64,000 nucleotides of DNA from an uncultured Desulfobacter sp. (GCA_963665095.1 OY762069.1:2944001-3008000); one strand, 5' to 3'. Shown: positions 10,534 to 20,500, numbered from the stretch's first letter. Made by a program: numbers and translations. The notes: a model not told the origin generated them from the letters alone.

Positions 10534-12384
10534 TCAGAATCCGGGCAGGGTGCCGAATCCTCTGAAGGTCCAGTAGATGCCGGTGAGCAGCAGTAATACC
10601 ACATTGGCGAAAAAGAACAGAGGGATACCGGCTCTTAAGTAATCTTTGGGCTCCAGGTAACCGCTGGCATATACAATGGCGTTGGGCGGCGTACCGATGA
10701 TCAGGCAGTAGGCAAAAGAGGATGCAATTGCCGTTGCCATGGCCATAAAGGGCAGATAAGAGCTGCCCGGATGTACCATGCCGGCCATGTTCAGGGTGAT
10801 GGGACCTACGGATGCGGCTGCAGGACCATCTGCCATGAGGTTGGTCAGAATGGCGGTCAGGCCGTTGGATACGGCCATAAGGGGCAAGCCTGAGTCCATA
10901 CCGAAGTTGGCGAGGAACTCAATGGCGGTCCTGGCCAGCCAGTAGGCAGCACCGGTTGAATCCAGGGTCCGGCCGAAGATGATGGCACCGGCATAGAGCC
11001 AGACAACACCCCAGTCCACTCTGTCCTGATAGTCACGCCAGTTGACCACGCCAGCCATGATGTAGGCGATGGCACCGGCCACGGCAATGACGCCGATTCC
11101 CAGGCGGACAGGATAAATACCGATCTGGTAGAATGCTTTTTCCGTGAACCAGCCAAACACCATGACCAGAAAGATGATCAATGCCCAGATCTGCTGTTTG
11201 TTCCAGGAACCCATGCGGTCGATTTCATGGCGCAGATGATCCATGGCAGGGGCCAGGGTCACAGTTTTGGGTCGGAACCGCAGGTTAATGACGAACCAGG
11301 AGATCGGAATCATCACAATCAGGAAGGGGAAGCAGTAGGTAACCCACTGAAAATATCCGATATCCACACCGAACATGTCTGTCAGATAGGTCATCATGAT
11401 AACGTTTCGGGCACCGCCGGAAGGCGCACCAGGCCCGCCGATATTACACGCCATGGCAATGGAGATCATCAACAGCTTGGCAAGCTCCTTGTCTTCGGGG
11501 ACCTCATCTGTCAGGCTGTTCTGGTAGAGTAGCATACCGATGGGCAGGAACATGGCTGCCAGGGCATGGTCTGAGATAAAGGCGGCCAACGGTGTAATGA
11601 TTAAAAAGAAGATCAGGGTAATCCATTTGGGATTGGGCACTGCCAGGCGTTTGAACATCATCATGCAGACCCGCTTGTCCACCCCTGTTTTTACAAAGGC
11701 GGCCGCAAACATCAAGGAACCCATGATGAACCAGCAGGCATCACTCCAGTAGAGCATGGCCACCTCCTGGCGGCTGACCACCCCTGTGAACACCAGAATC
11801 AACCCGATACAGAAGGCCACAGCCGGTAAAGGGATACACTCGGTGAGGAAGCATAATACAACGAAAACGCCCATGGCGACGGAAACTTTGATCTTCCATG
11901 CCCCTTTGTCGGCGGACGCCCTGTCTTTTTCCTTAAGATCTTCATATTTCAGCCCGGTTTTTCTCAACTCCAGGGCCTGCTTCATCAGGGCCTGGAAGTC
12001 AGCATCGCTGACCTGGGCCTCAACATAACCCTGCGCCTTTTTCAGGTTGTCGGACTGGGTCGGAATTTTGTATTTTTTACACCATTTGGCATCCCGTTTC
12101 AGGAAACGCTCCTTGCTCAAAGCGCCGATCTGCATATTCTGTTCCATGATCTGGGCGCACAAAAGCTGCCACTGGTCCACCTCACTGCTTTTCTTTGAAA
12201 AAAGCTGGGTTGTGATGTATGAAACGACTTTATTCTGGGCAACCGTGTACTCCATGCCCACATCCTTCATGCCGTACGGGGTTGGCATGAAAAGAACCGC
12301 AAAAAACAGCACCACTGGAACAATGAAGATCTTCCAGTCTATATATTTGTCATACCCGGTGACTTTCTTTTTTTCTTGTTTCAT
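10534..12384 (-). CDS. DASS/SLC13 family anion or dicarboxylate permease with soluble N-terminal insertion
   Basis: FLTECIPLP, AFISDHA, ACNIGGPGAPSGGARN, DWGVVWL, IIGTPPNAIVYASG. Confidence 0.92.
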   Translation of the reverse strand: MKQEKKKVTGYDKYIDWKIFIVPVVLFFAVLFMPTPYGMKDVGMEYTVAQNKVVSYITTQLFSKKSSEVDQWQLLCAQIMEQNMQIGALSKERFLKRDAKWCKKYKIPTQSDNLKKAQGYVEAQVSDADFQALMKQALELRKTGLKYEDLKEKDRASADKGAWKIKVSVAMGVFVVLCFLTECIPLPAVAFCIGLILVFTGVVSRQEVAMLYWSDACWFIMGSLMFAAAFVKTGVDKRVCMMMFKRLAVPNPKWITLIFFLIITPLAAFISDHALAAMFLPIGMLLYQNSLTDEVPEDKELAKLLMISIAMACNIGGPGAPSGGARNVIMMTYLTDMFGVDIGYFQWVTYCFPFLIVMIPISWFVINLRFRPKTVTLAPAMDHLRHEIDRMGSWNKQQIWALIIFLVMVFGWFTEKAFYQIGIYPVRLGIGVIAVAGAIAYIMAGVVNWRDYQDRVDWGVVWLYAGAIIFGRTLDSTGAAYWLARTAIEFLANFGMDSGLPLMAVSNGLTAILTNLMADGPAAASVGPITLNMAGMVHPGSSYLPFMAMATAIASSFAYCLIIGTPPNAIVYASGYLEPKDYLRAGIPLFFFANVVLLLLTGIYWTFRGFGTLPGF

Positions 12385-12407
12385 TCAATCAGCTCCTTGT
12401 CTTCGAA

Positions 12408-12860
12408 TTATTCGCGACCCTCTTTGAGAATTTCCCTGGGGGATTTCATATACTGTTTGGCCTGGGCTGACCGGATTTTCTCCTCCTGGGTCAAGCGCTT
12501 TGCAAAGGCCTGTTCCGCTTTTTCAATAATGTCCTCCACATCGGCCGGTTTCATAAGATAGTCCCAGGCACCTGATTTAAGCCCGTCTATGGCGGAGTCC
12601 ACCGTGGCATGGCCCGTAAGCATGATCACTTCTGTTAAAGGATATAACTCCTTAATGTGTTTAAGTGTTTCATTTCCGTCCATGCCGGGCATCTTGACAT
12701 CCAGGACCACCACGTGGATGTTGTGGGCAGCCATTGTTTTAAGGGCTTCTTCGCCGTTGGGGGCTGTCCACACCTCGTATCCTTTTCTTTGAATCAGTTT
12801 GCCGGTGGTCTCAAGATAGCGAGGTTCGTCATCTACCAGTAACAGTTTCATTTTCTCCAT
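12408..12860 (-). CDS. Single-domain response regulator (REC)
   Basis: LLLVDDE, VLDVKMPGMDG, MLTGHATV, DYLMKP. Confidence 0.93.
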   Translation of the reverse strand: MEKMKLLLVDDEPRYLETTGKLIQRKGYEVWTAPNGEEALKTMAAHNIHVVVLDVKMPGMDGNETLKHIKELYPLTEVIMLTGHATVDSAIDGLKSGAWDYLMKPADVEDIIEKAEQAFAKRLTQEEKIRSAQAKQYMKSPREILKEGRE

Positions 12861-12874
12861 TTACGTTGCCTCCT

Positions 12875-14596
12875 TTAAGACGTTAGGTTTTCATATGCCG
12901 CAAGTCGGATGGAAAACACCGTGCCAAGACCTGGCTGGCTGTCCACCGCCATGGTGCCGCCAAAGCTTTCGATAATGCCGAAACATACCGAAAGACCTAA
13001 GCCTGTTCCGCGACCAACGGCTTTTGTTGTAAAAAAGGGTGAAAAAATTTTATCCATATGCTCGGGTTTAATCCCGCAGCCATTATCTTTAACCCGGACC
13101 TCCACCATGGTCTGACCCTTGTCGTTCTGATCAGCCTGTGCAGTGATCTCTATTTTCCCTCCTTTGACGCCGTGCTGTTCTGTTACAGCATGCATGGCAT
13201 TGTTAATCAGGTTGAGCATGACCTGTTGAAACCTTCCCGGATCGCCTGTGAAATACGGTATGTTTTCTTCAATCCTGGTGACCATTTCAATTCCTGAGGC
13301 TTTTGCCGAATTTTCCACCAGTTTAAGAATGTCCGGAATAACGATAGCCGGATCCATAGGTGCCTGTTTGACCTCTTTTTTCCTGCCGAATTTTAAAATG
13401 GCTGAGGTAATTTCGTGGCAGCGTTCCACCTGGAAGTGGATCTGGTCCACACTCTCCTGGATATCAGCGAATGTATTCTCACTGGGCTCTTTTCCATCTT
13501 CTGGATAAAGTTCATCCAGAAGAATTTTGAGCATGGCATATTCGCTCTTGATAATTTGAAGGGGATTGTTGATCTCATGGGCAAATCCAGCGGCCATCTC
13601 ACCGATCTCCGCTAACTGTACGGCCCGGATCAACTGGCTGCCCAGTTGTTCTTTCTCTTCATCCAGGCGGTCCATGCGTTTAATAATGCCCTCTGAGGTG
13701 ACATAGGCCAGAATAACCAGCGCAGTGAGCCCGAACAGAGCAATAAAGATGCAGATTAAAACAGCTGAATATAAGGCCCTGTATGCATCGTGCCGTTCCT
13801 GACGCACCACGAGGTACCACGATTTGTTGGTCAGTTTGGATACGGCATATAAAAAAGGTTGGCCTTTGGGTGAGAGTTGGAAGGTCTGCTGACTGGCGGA
13901 AAGGAACTGTCGCATCCACCCAAAGGCCGGATCTTTATCAAGAAGGGCAATATCTCCGGAGCGCCTGGCTGTCTGGGCCACACCCTCATGGTTCAAAATA
14001 TAAGCTTCCCCGGTTTTTCCCATGCGTACACCTGAGACCATGGTGTCAAAGAACTTTGTGTCAATGGTGGCGCGAAGTACCCAGGTCTGGTTGTCTTCTG
14101 TTTTCTGGACCGCAACCACAAAATGGGGGATATTCCGGTAGCCCAGGAATACATCACTTATATAAAAGCCACGGGTCATGGTTTTCTGAAACCATGGCTC
14201 ATCTGTATAGCTTTTTCCGGCCAGTGCATAACTGCCCGAATATCTCAGGTGCTTGCCCGTATTATCAAAAAGGCCCAGATCAACAAAGGCCCGGGATCGT
14301 GCCTGCAGGCTTTGACAGATCTCTTCAATGGCACCATCACCCCTGATCTGCTCAAAGGAATACACCCGGGTGATCAGTTCAAGATCGGCCTTTCTTTCTA
14401 ACAGAAAGGATTCGATCATCTTGCGATGGTCTGTTAATGTCCTTTCCAGGCTGGCCTGGGTGGATTTATCCAGGGTTGAGGAGAAAAAGTAGAAACTGAT
14501 CCCTACAACAATGATAAAAGGAATCATGGGGAAAAACGTCATGTTCAGAAAAATTACTCTTTTCAGCCGCTGTCTGTTCTGTTTTAATTCGCCCAA
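12875..14596 (-). CDS. Membrane sensor histidine kinase (Cache-like, NtrB-type), paralog of 2071-3807
   Basis: [42 protein letters not shown]. Confidence 0.93.
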   Translation of the reverse strand: MGELKQNRQRLKRVIFLNMTFFPMIPFIIVVGISFYFFSSTLDKSTQASLERTLTDHRKMIESFLLERKADLELITRVYSFEQIRGDGAIEEICQSLQARSRAFVDLGLFDNTGKHLRYSGSYALAGKSYTDEPWFQKTMTRGFYISDVFLGYRNIPHFVVAVQKTEDNQTWVLRATIDTKFFDTMVSGVRMGKTGEAYILNHEGVAQTARRSGDIALLDKDPAFGWMRQFLSASQQTFQLSPKGQPFLYAVSKLTNKSWYLVVRQERHDAYRALYSAVLICIFIALFGLTALVILAYVTSEGIIKRMDRLDEEKEQLGSQLIRAVQLAEIGEMAAGFAHEINNPLQIIKSEYAMLKILLDELYPEDGKEPSENTFADIQESVDQIHFQVERCHEITSAILKFGRKKEVKQAPMDPAIVIPDILKLVENSAKASGIEMVTRIEENIPYFTGDPGRFQQVMLNLINNAMHAVTEQHGVKGGKIEITAQADQNDKGQTMVEVRVKDNGCGIKPEHMDKIFSPFFTTKAVGRGTGLGLSVCFGIIESFGGTMAVDSQPGLGTVFSIRLAAYENLTS

Positions 14597-14654
14597 GGTC
14601 TGCCCCTTTTAAACCGTGTTAAAATAAGGTGTTCTTCTATCTGAATATGGGTAG

Positions 14655-14671
14655 AGCAACTATGGTGCCGA
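14655..14671 (-). promoter_or_regulatory. Sigma54 (-24/-12) promoter
   Basis: Minus strand TCGGCACCATAGTTGCT fits GGCAC-N5-TTGC, about 60 bp upstream of the kinase gene, with an AT-rich tract upstream. Confidence 0.8.
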
Positions 14672-14966
14672 GCGAAAAATTACAGCATAAAATTATTTAA
14701 CTATTTGATATAAAAAGATATATATACATACCGGCAAAGCACTCTGATGGGGGGTTATTTTCTGTTTCTGTCCATTGGATTTGCGGGGTGTAAAAAAAAC
14801 TGACACAGGGAAAAGCCTGGCACCAGACCTCGTAAAAACCACTCCGGGAAAGGGATCAGGCTGTATGAACCCATGGAAACCAGCAGGCTGATAAAACTGG
14901 GCCTGATATAAAGGCATCAGGGTTTTCCCCGGCAGTGTCCTGACAATATATTTAGGAGCATCAAAT

Positions 14967-16154
14967 ATGGTCCAAGAATCCTTGCCCCATCCTTTATATT
15001 ATGGCTGCCAGAGTGTAGATGATGAGGATATCGCTGCCGTGACTTCCGTACTGAGATCTGATTTTCTGACCACAGGGCCGGTGGTGGAAGCCTTTGAGCA
15101 ACGGCTGTGCGAAATCACAGGGGCAAAGTATTGCATTGCCTGTGCCAATGGTACGGCGGCACTGCACCTGGCCTGTATGGCCGTTGGTGTGGGGCCGGGT
15201 GACCTGGGTTTAACATCCCCCCTCTCCTTTCTGGCCTCGGCCAACTGCATAGAGTACTGCCGCGGGAAAGCAGATTTCATTGATATTGACAGCCAAAGCC
15301 TTTGCCTTAGCCCTGAAGGTCTGGCGGAGTACTGCCGGGACCATGAACCGCCCAGGGTGGTTATCCCGGTTGATTTTGCAGGGATACCTGCGGATTTGCC
15401 AGCCCTGGCGGCTCTGTCAAAACAATACGGGTTTGCCCTGATCGAGGATGCGGCCCATTCCCTGGGATCTTTCTATAAATACTGCGGCCGGCAATATGCC
15501 TGCGGTGCATGCGTCCATACGGATCTGGCGGTTTTTTCATTTCATCCGGTAAAAACCATTACCACAGCGGAAGGCGGCGCCGTGATGACAAACAACGAAG
15601 AACTGGCAGCCCGGGTCAGAGGATTTCGCAACCATGGCATGCAGCGTACTAAGGGTTTGTTGACAGAGCATGGCGGCTGGTTTTATGAAATGCATGAGCC
15701 AGGATTTAATTACCGGCTTTCAGATCTCCAGTGCGCCCTGGGGATCAGCCAGCTGAACAGGCTGGACCGGTTCAGAAAACGACGGCGGGAGATCGTCTCC
15801 CACTACAACCAGGCCTTTCGCAGCCATGACAGCTTGATCCTGCCCCCAAAGGCTCTTGCCGAAACCGCTTGTCCACATCTTTATCCCATTCGTATTAAAG
15901 CTGGGAACGAGGCAAGAAGACAGGTGTATGAAGCGTTGAAGGAAAACAATATTTTTTGTCAGGTACACTACATTCCCATCCATCTGCAGCCCTACTATGC
16001 CAGAAAGTATGGCTACACCAGAGGGAAATGCCCCAAAGCGGAAAGGTATTACTCCCGGTGCTTAAGCCTGCCGTTATTTCCAGCCATGTCCGATGATGAT
16101 GTCCGATGGGTGATAGACTCTTTTCTTGCCGCCCTTAAAAATGCCGGGGCGTAA
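14967..16154 (+). CDS. DegT/DnrJ/EryC1/StrS sugar aminotransferase, PseC-like
   Basis: YGCQSVDDEDI, FLTTGP, NGTAALH, EDAAHSLG, FSFHPVKTITTAEGG (PLP lysine), QVHYIP. Confidence 0.85.
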   Translation: MVQESLPHPLYYGCQSVDDEDIAAVTSVLRSDFLTTGPVVEAFEQRLCEITGAKYCIACANGTAALHLACMAVGVGPGDLGLTSPLSFLASANCIEYCRGKADFIDIDSQSLCLSPEGLAEYCRDHEPPRVVIPVDFAGIPADLPALAALSKQYGFALIEDAAHSLGSFYKYCGRQYACGACVHTDLAVFSFHPVKTITTAEGGAVMTNNEELAARVRGFRNHGMQRTKGLLTEHGGWFYEMHEPGFNYRLSDLQCALGISQLNRLDRFRKRRREIVSHYNQAFRSHDSLILPPKALAETACPHLYPIRIKAGNEARRQVYEALKENNIFCQVHYIPIHLQPYYARKYGYTRGKCPKAERYYSRCLSLPLFPAMSDDDVRWVIDSFLAALKNAGA

Positions 16155-16293
16155 AATAATTGCAGCGTTTAAAAAAAAATCCGTGTATTCTGGCAGTCGT
16201 CATATAGCTGCTTTACGGTGGTACTGACTTATATAAAGATGGCGTACAGCCTTGAATCATGCACCTTTAAAAATTAAGAGGGAAAAAATAGAA

Positions 16294-16632
16294 ATGACCA
16301 AAATGGAAATTAATGCTGGTATCTGTGGGTTTAAAACAATTGTGACTGTGGAGGATAAAGATGATTATATGGCCTGTTTTCAGCTGGACACCCAGTGTCC
16401 CAACTGGAAAAAGGTGAACGATATTCTGGGTGGGAAAGAGATCAGTGTCATGGGCGAACTTTTTAAAGGGGGAGACGGCAAGCTGCATTCAAAAGTACTG
16501 GACACTGCACTTAACACCATCCCCCATGTCTCCTGCCCCGTTATATCAGGCCTCTTAAAAGCCCTGGAAGTAGGCGTTGGCCTGGCACTGCCCCGGGATG
16601 CCCATATCTGCTTTATAAATGATAAGCCCTGA
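16294..16632 (+). CDS. Small Cys-containing hypothetical protein (DUF6951-like)
   Basis: INAGICGFKT, TQCPN, HVSCPV..GLLKALEV..GLALP.D; probable ATG at 16294. Confidence 0.65.
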   Translation: MTKMEINAGICGFKTIVTVEDKDDYMACFQLDTQCPNWKKVNDILGGKEISVMGELFKGGDGKLHSKVLDTALNTIPHVSCPVISGLLKALEVGVGLALPRDAHICFINDKP

Positions 16633-16715
16633 TTCCCTTACCCCACTCTCCTGAAAGCCTGCTTTATTGTTGCCTCAACGTCGAGGTTATCCAGAAGTTA
16701 TCACCGGCAAATCTC

Positions 16716-16755
16716 CAGCCATGGAGGAGGGCTGTGGCGCCCTCCTCCATGGTTG
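16716..16755. terminator. Hairpin between convergent genes, probable terminator
   Basis: CAGCCATGGAGGAGGGC / GCCCTCCTCCATGGTTG, 17-bp stem. Confidence 0.65.
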
Positions 16756-16772
16756 TTTCAACGGCAATCGCT

Positions 16773-17135
16773 TCAGGCAAAAATATCGCTTGGCTTATAG
16801 GGATGGGTCCCCTCTATCACTTCCACGCCTGCCTTGGCTTTAATCTTTGCAATAATGGTGTCCTTGTGCGGACAGTGGTCTGTGATACAGGGGGCAATAT
16901 GCACCTTGGTCGGTTTCTCCTCCATGGGTTTATTCCACAGGTTCACCTGGGCCAGGCGGGTGACGATGGCAGATCCGGGACAGTCCCCGCAATTAAGCAG
17001 TCCCATCAGTTCCGCGTCCTGATCATAGCGTTCAAACTCGCCAGCCCGGCGATTAAACCCCACCATACAGCGTGAGCAGCCAATACAAACGTCATCCATG
17101 GTCCTCTTGCAGCCAACAATCAATAGTTTTTCCAT
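16773..17135 (-). CDS. CGGC-domain (putative metal-binding) protein
   Basis: CIGCSRC, NCGDCPG, HIAPC..HCPH, C-terminal GTH. Confidence 0.8.
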   Translation of the reverse strand: MEKLLIVGCKRTMDDVCIGCSRCMVGFNRRAGEFERYDQDAELMGLLNCGDCPGSAIVTRLAQVNLWNKPMEEKPTKVHIAPCITDHCPHKDTIIAKIKAKAGVEVIEGTHPYKPSDIFA

Positions 17136-17423
17136 ATACCCTCCAAATTATTTAAAAGGAACTTCAAGGGGTCAATTTAAGACTATGACCCATAGCCGAA
17201 AATAAAAATTGAAAATCAAAGCTGGATGTTACCCTTCATACTGCAAACAGAAGATAACTTAAGTACCCTGGAAAGATCAACAAAAGAATTGGGCCGCAAA
17301 TTTTTCACGGCCCTTTGAAATTTCTCTAAATTTCAGCACAGTTCAGCTGCAACTACTGCCAATATAAAGCGCTATTTTCCCGGCCGGAAGACCTGCAGAA
17401 AATCCAGGGAAAAATTAAAACGG

Positions 17424-18170
17424 TCAGATGCCGATAGGATCACCGCAGGCAAACCCGGGCTCATGTAACGCAATCAGGATGTCTGCCTCTTTTTTGACCT
17501 CTTCCATGATGTCATAGGCTGAATATACATCCACATGGGTGCCGGGCGGGATAACCTCCATCTCCATGCCCCTGATCTCCGGCGGTGGATTTAAGTTTTC
17601 GGCAATAATGCAGAACCCTGTGATGGCAGCTTTGCCCTTAGGGGTGTCAATGAATACGGTCAGCCCCCCTTTGGTATGCACGGGCGTATGTTTAACGCTG
17701 ATGCCGTCAACAATGGGGCCGTCTTGTGTTACCACTAAGATCTGCCCGTTCGCTTCAACATCTTCGATATAATCCTCCAGGTACCGGTAATCCAGCGGAT
17801 GGGGGTTGTGAACGGATTCAAGTTCCTGTTCGTGGACATAAAATACGGCATTTTCACACTTGTAGTCATTTTCGCAATGGTCGTTGTGCAAATGGGTATG
17901 AATGACGATATCAATATCTTCGGGGGTCAGTCCGTGTTTTTCCAAGCCCTGTTCAAAGGTATAGATTTTTCCATTTATGGCGGCTTCCCGTTCCGGAGAC
18001 TGGATGGGGTTCATCTCCCCTGTGTCCACCAGGATATTTTTGTCTCCCCCTTTGATGATCCAGGTAAAAATGGGTATGGTATAAGTCATACCCTGGCCGT
18101 GCTGGTAGGTCATCATGCTCTTGTCAAATATTTTGGTGCCCATGGCAACGGGATGAATGGTGTAGGTCAT
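17424..18170 (-). CDS. Metallo-beta-lactamase-fold hydrolase (AHL-lactonase-like family)
   Basis: ILVDTG, THLHNDH zinc motif, HTPVHT, C-terminal LHEP; ATG 18170 with GGGAG RBS. Confidence 0.85.
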   Translation of the reverse strand: MTYTIHPVAMGTKIFDKSMMTYQHGQGMTYTIPIFTWIIKGGDKNILVDTGEMNPIQSPEREAAINGKIYTFEQGLEKHGLTPEDIDIVIHTHLHNDHCENDYKCENAVFYVHEQELESVHNPHPLDYRYLEDYIEDVEANGQILVVTQDGPIVDGISVKHTPVHTKGGLTVFIDTPKGKAAITGFCIIAENLNPPPEIRGMEMEVIPPGTHVDVYSAYDIMEEVKKEADILIALHEPGFACGDPIGI

Positions 18171-18307
18171 GATATCTCCCAAAGATCTCAATTATTGGTG
18201 GATTTCAGGATACGCCTTTTTCCAGGAAAAACAAATGGGCCGGCAACTAATTTTGTGCCTGATCGAAAACATCCTGTTTGGATTCGCCCCCTTGCGTGGA
18301 CGACTAT

Positions 18308-20500
18308 TTAAGATGGGCGCTTTGACCGTGAAATCTTGGCCTCGTCAAAGGAGGCCATCTCACTCATGATTTTGCAGGCCAGATCTGCCGCGTCAATGGC
18401 AAGCGCCGCGCCTGTGCCCTCCCCCACCCGCATGGAGAAATCCACCACAGGCTCAAGCCCCATGAAAGACAAGGCGGCGGCCTGGGCTCTTTCCACGGAT
18501 TTATGCCCTGCGATGAGAAACTCTTTGATATCCGGGTTGATCAGATAGGCAATGAGCCCTGCTGCCGTGGAGATGACCCCGTCAAGCACCACGGCACACC
18601 CTTTTGAGGCGGCGGCAAGGGCAGCCCCTGCCATGCCGGCGATTTCAAACCCGCCCAGTTTCTGAAGGATCTCCAGCCCATTGGCCGGATCCGGATTCTG
18701 GAATTGAAGCACTTTTTCCAGCACCTCAATTTTGTGGGTCAGCCCCTTGTTGTCCAGGCCGGTCCCTCTGCCTGCGGCATCCGCCGGAGCAAAGCCCGTG
18801 GCCGCGCAGATAATGGCGGCCGCCGAGGTGGTATTCCCGATGCCCACCTCGCCAAGCCCCAAAATATCAATGGGTCTGTCAATGGGGTCCGTATCCGGGG
18901 GCTCCGCATTCAGGGGGGCCGCATTCAGGTCAAAAAAGACCTTCATGGCGTTTTCCAGAGCCAAAACCATCTCCTGCCGGGTCATGGCCGCCTGAAGGGC
19001 AAAATTTTTCGTGCCTTTAGCCACCTTGGCCATGATAAGGTCCGGATGGGGGGAGAACTCCTTGATGACGCCTAAATCCACGATTTTCATCTCAATCTCG
19101 TGGTGGCGGCAGAAAACATTGATGGACGCCCCGCCGTTAAGGAAATTGTCCACCATCTGGCCGGTCACTTCCGTGGGGTAGGCGGAAATCCCCTCTTCGG
19201 TGATGCCGTGGTCCCCTGCAAACACCAGCATGGCTTTTCGCCGGATCTTTGGATGCAGCGTATTCTGGATCAGGCTCATGCGCACCCCAATATCTTCCAG
19301 CCGCCCCAAGGCCCCCAAAGGTTTGCTCTTATCATCCATTTTAGCCACGGCCCGGGAAAGAAGGGCCTGATCCAAGGGGGTAATCCCTGAGATGGTTTCA
19401 TGGCAAAGGGCAGACTCTGTCCGGGATACCGTCCGGCTGCTTTGTGGCCGAGGTGTTTTCTGGGCATCAGCTTCAGGAGATATGACATCCACCGATGCCA
19501 GGCCACCGTCCTTTTTACCGTGCAACTCTCCTGAAAAATCCAGAATGTATTTCAGGTGTTTGCCGGACAGCACATTGGCCATCAAAGCGGGGGCCGACCC
19601 AGGCGGTACAATATCCTCCACCAGCAGCCGCAACTGCTTTTCATGGGCCTCAATAAAGGGAATCGCCTTTTCCATATCGCTTTTTTTCATACCATAGGCG
19701 CCTGTGACCACCATCTCCTTGTAGTGGATCAGGTTGAGCAGGTTGGTCTCAATGTTTTCATTTTTGGAGATCCCTGAAAAAAAACAGATATGCCCGGCCT
19801 TGCCGGTCTTGACCAGGGTCTGGCAAAAGGCGATATAATCGGGGCAGGCATTGATGGCCACCTCAAACTCACTGTCATGGGAATCTTTTTCCACACAGAT
19901 GTCGCAGGCAGAAATAAAAGGTGCCACCCGGTTGATCTTATCTTCATGTTTCTCCAGAACCAGAGGGGCAAACCCCTTCCATTTGGCATACAGCGCACAG
20001 ATCAACCCCATGGTCCCGCCGCCGAAAATCAGCACCCGTTGCCCGGAGACATCCGGCAGTTTTTCAAAACAGTTGACCACACACCCCACGGGCTCTGAAA
20101 AACAGGCCGCCACAGGATCCATACCGTCGGGAAGGGGGATCAGGCTCTCTTTGGGGGCGATCATCTGATGGGCAAACCCGCCGTCATTGTGAAAACCTGT
20201 GATCTTCATCTCCTCGCATAAATTTTCCCGGCCGTTGCGGCAATAGGCGCAGGTGCCGCAGCTTTTCCCGGGCCACACGGTAAAATAGCGGCCTTGTCTG
20301 TCCCGCACCGCCACCTCATGGCCCGGCACCCGGGGCAGAATCAGGTCCCGCTGGCCCTGTTCCCACATCTTGGCATCGGTGCGGCAAATGGCACAAGCCA
20401 GCACATCGAGCAGCACTTCATCCGGTCCCGGAACCAGCGCGTTTTCCTTCATGGGTTCAATTTCCAGGGAGGAAAGACCGGTCAGCACCATGCGTATCAT
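18308..20500 (-). CDS. cobT: Fusion of Zn-dependent medium-chain dehydrogenase (N-terminal) and CobT lower-ligand phosphoribosyltransferase (C-terminal)
   Basis: MDR: CAICRTD, PGHE, CGTCAYC...NLC, GGGTMG. CobT: KPLGALGRLE, FAGDHG, GEVGIGNTT, GGFEIAG, RVGEGTGA. One uninterrupted ORF with a roughly 40-aa linker. Confidence 0.9.
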   Translation of the reverse strand: MIRMVLTGLSSLEIEPMKENALVPGPDEVLLDVLACAICRTDAKMWEQGQRDLILPRVPGHEVAVRDRQGRYFTVWPGKSCGTCAYCRNGRENLCEEMKITGFHNDGGFAHQMIAPKESLIPLPDGMDPVAACFSEPVGCVVNCFEKLPDVSGQRVLIFGGGTMGLICALYAKWKGFAPLVLEKHEDKINRVAPFISACDICVEKDSHDSEFEVAINACPDYIAFCQTLVKTGKAGHICFFSGISKNENIETNLLNLIHYKEMVVTGAYGMKKSDMEKAIPFIEAHEKQLRLLVEDIVPPGSAPALMANVLSGKHLKYILDFSGELHGKKDGGLASVDVISPEADAQKTPRPQSSRTVSRTESALCHETISGITPLDQALLSRAVAKMDDKSKPLGALGRLEDIGVRMSLIQNTLHPKIRRKAMLVFAGDHGITEEGISAYPTEVTGQMVDNFLNGGASINVFCRHHEIEMKIVDLGVIKEFSPHPDLIMAKVAKGTKNFALQAAMTRQEMVLALENAMKVFFDLNAAPLNAEPPDTDPIDRPIDILGLGEVGIGNTTSAAAIICAATGFAPADAAGRGTGLDNKGLTHKIEVLEKVLQFQNPDPANGLEILQKLGGFEIAGMAGAALAAASKGCAVVLDGVISTAAGLIAYLINPDIKEFLIAGHKSVERAQAAALSFMGLEPVVDFSMRVGEGTGAALAIDAADLACKIMSEMASFDEAKISRSKRPS

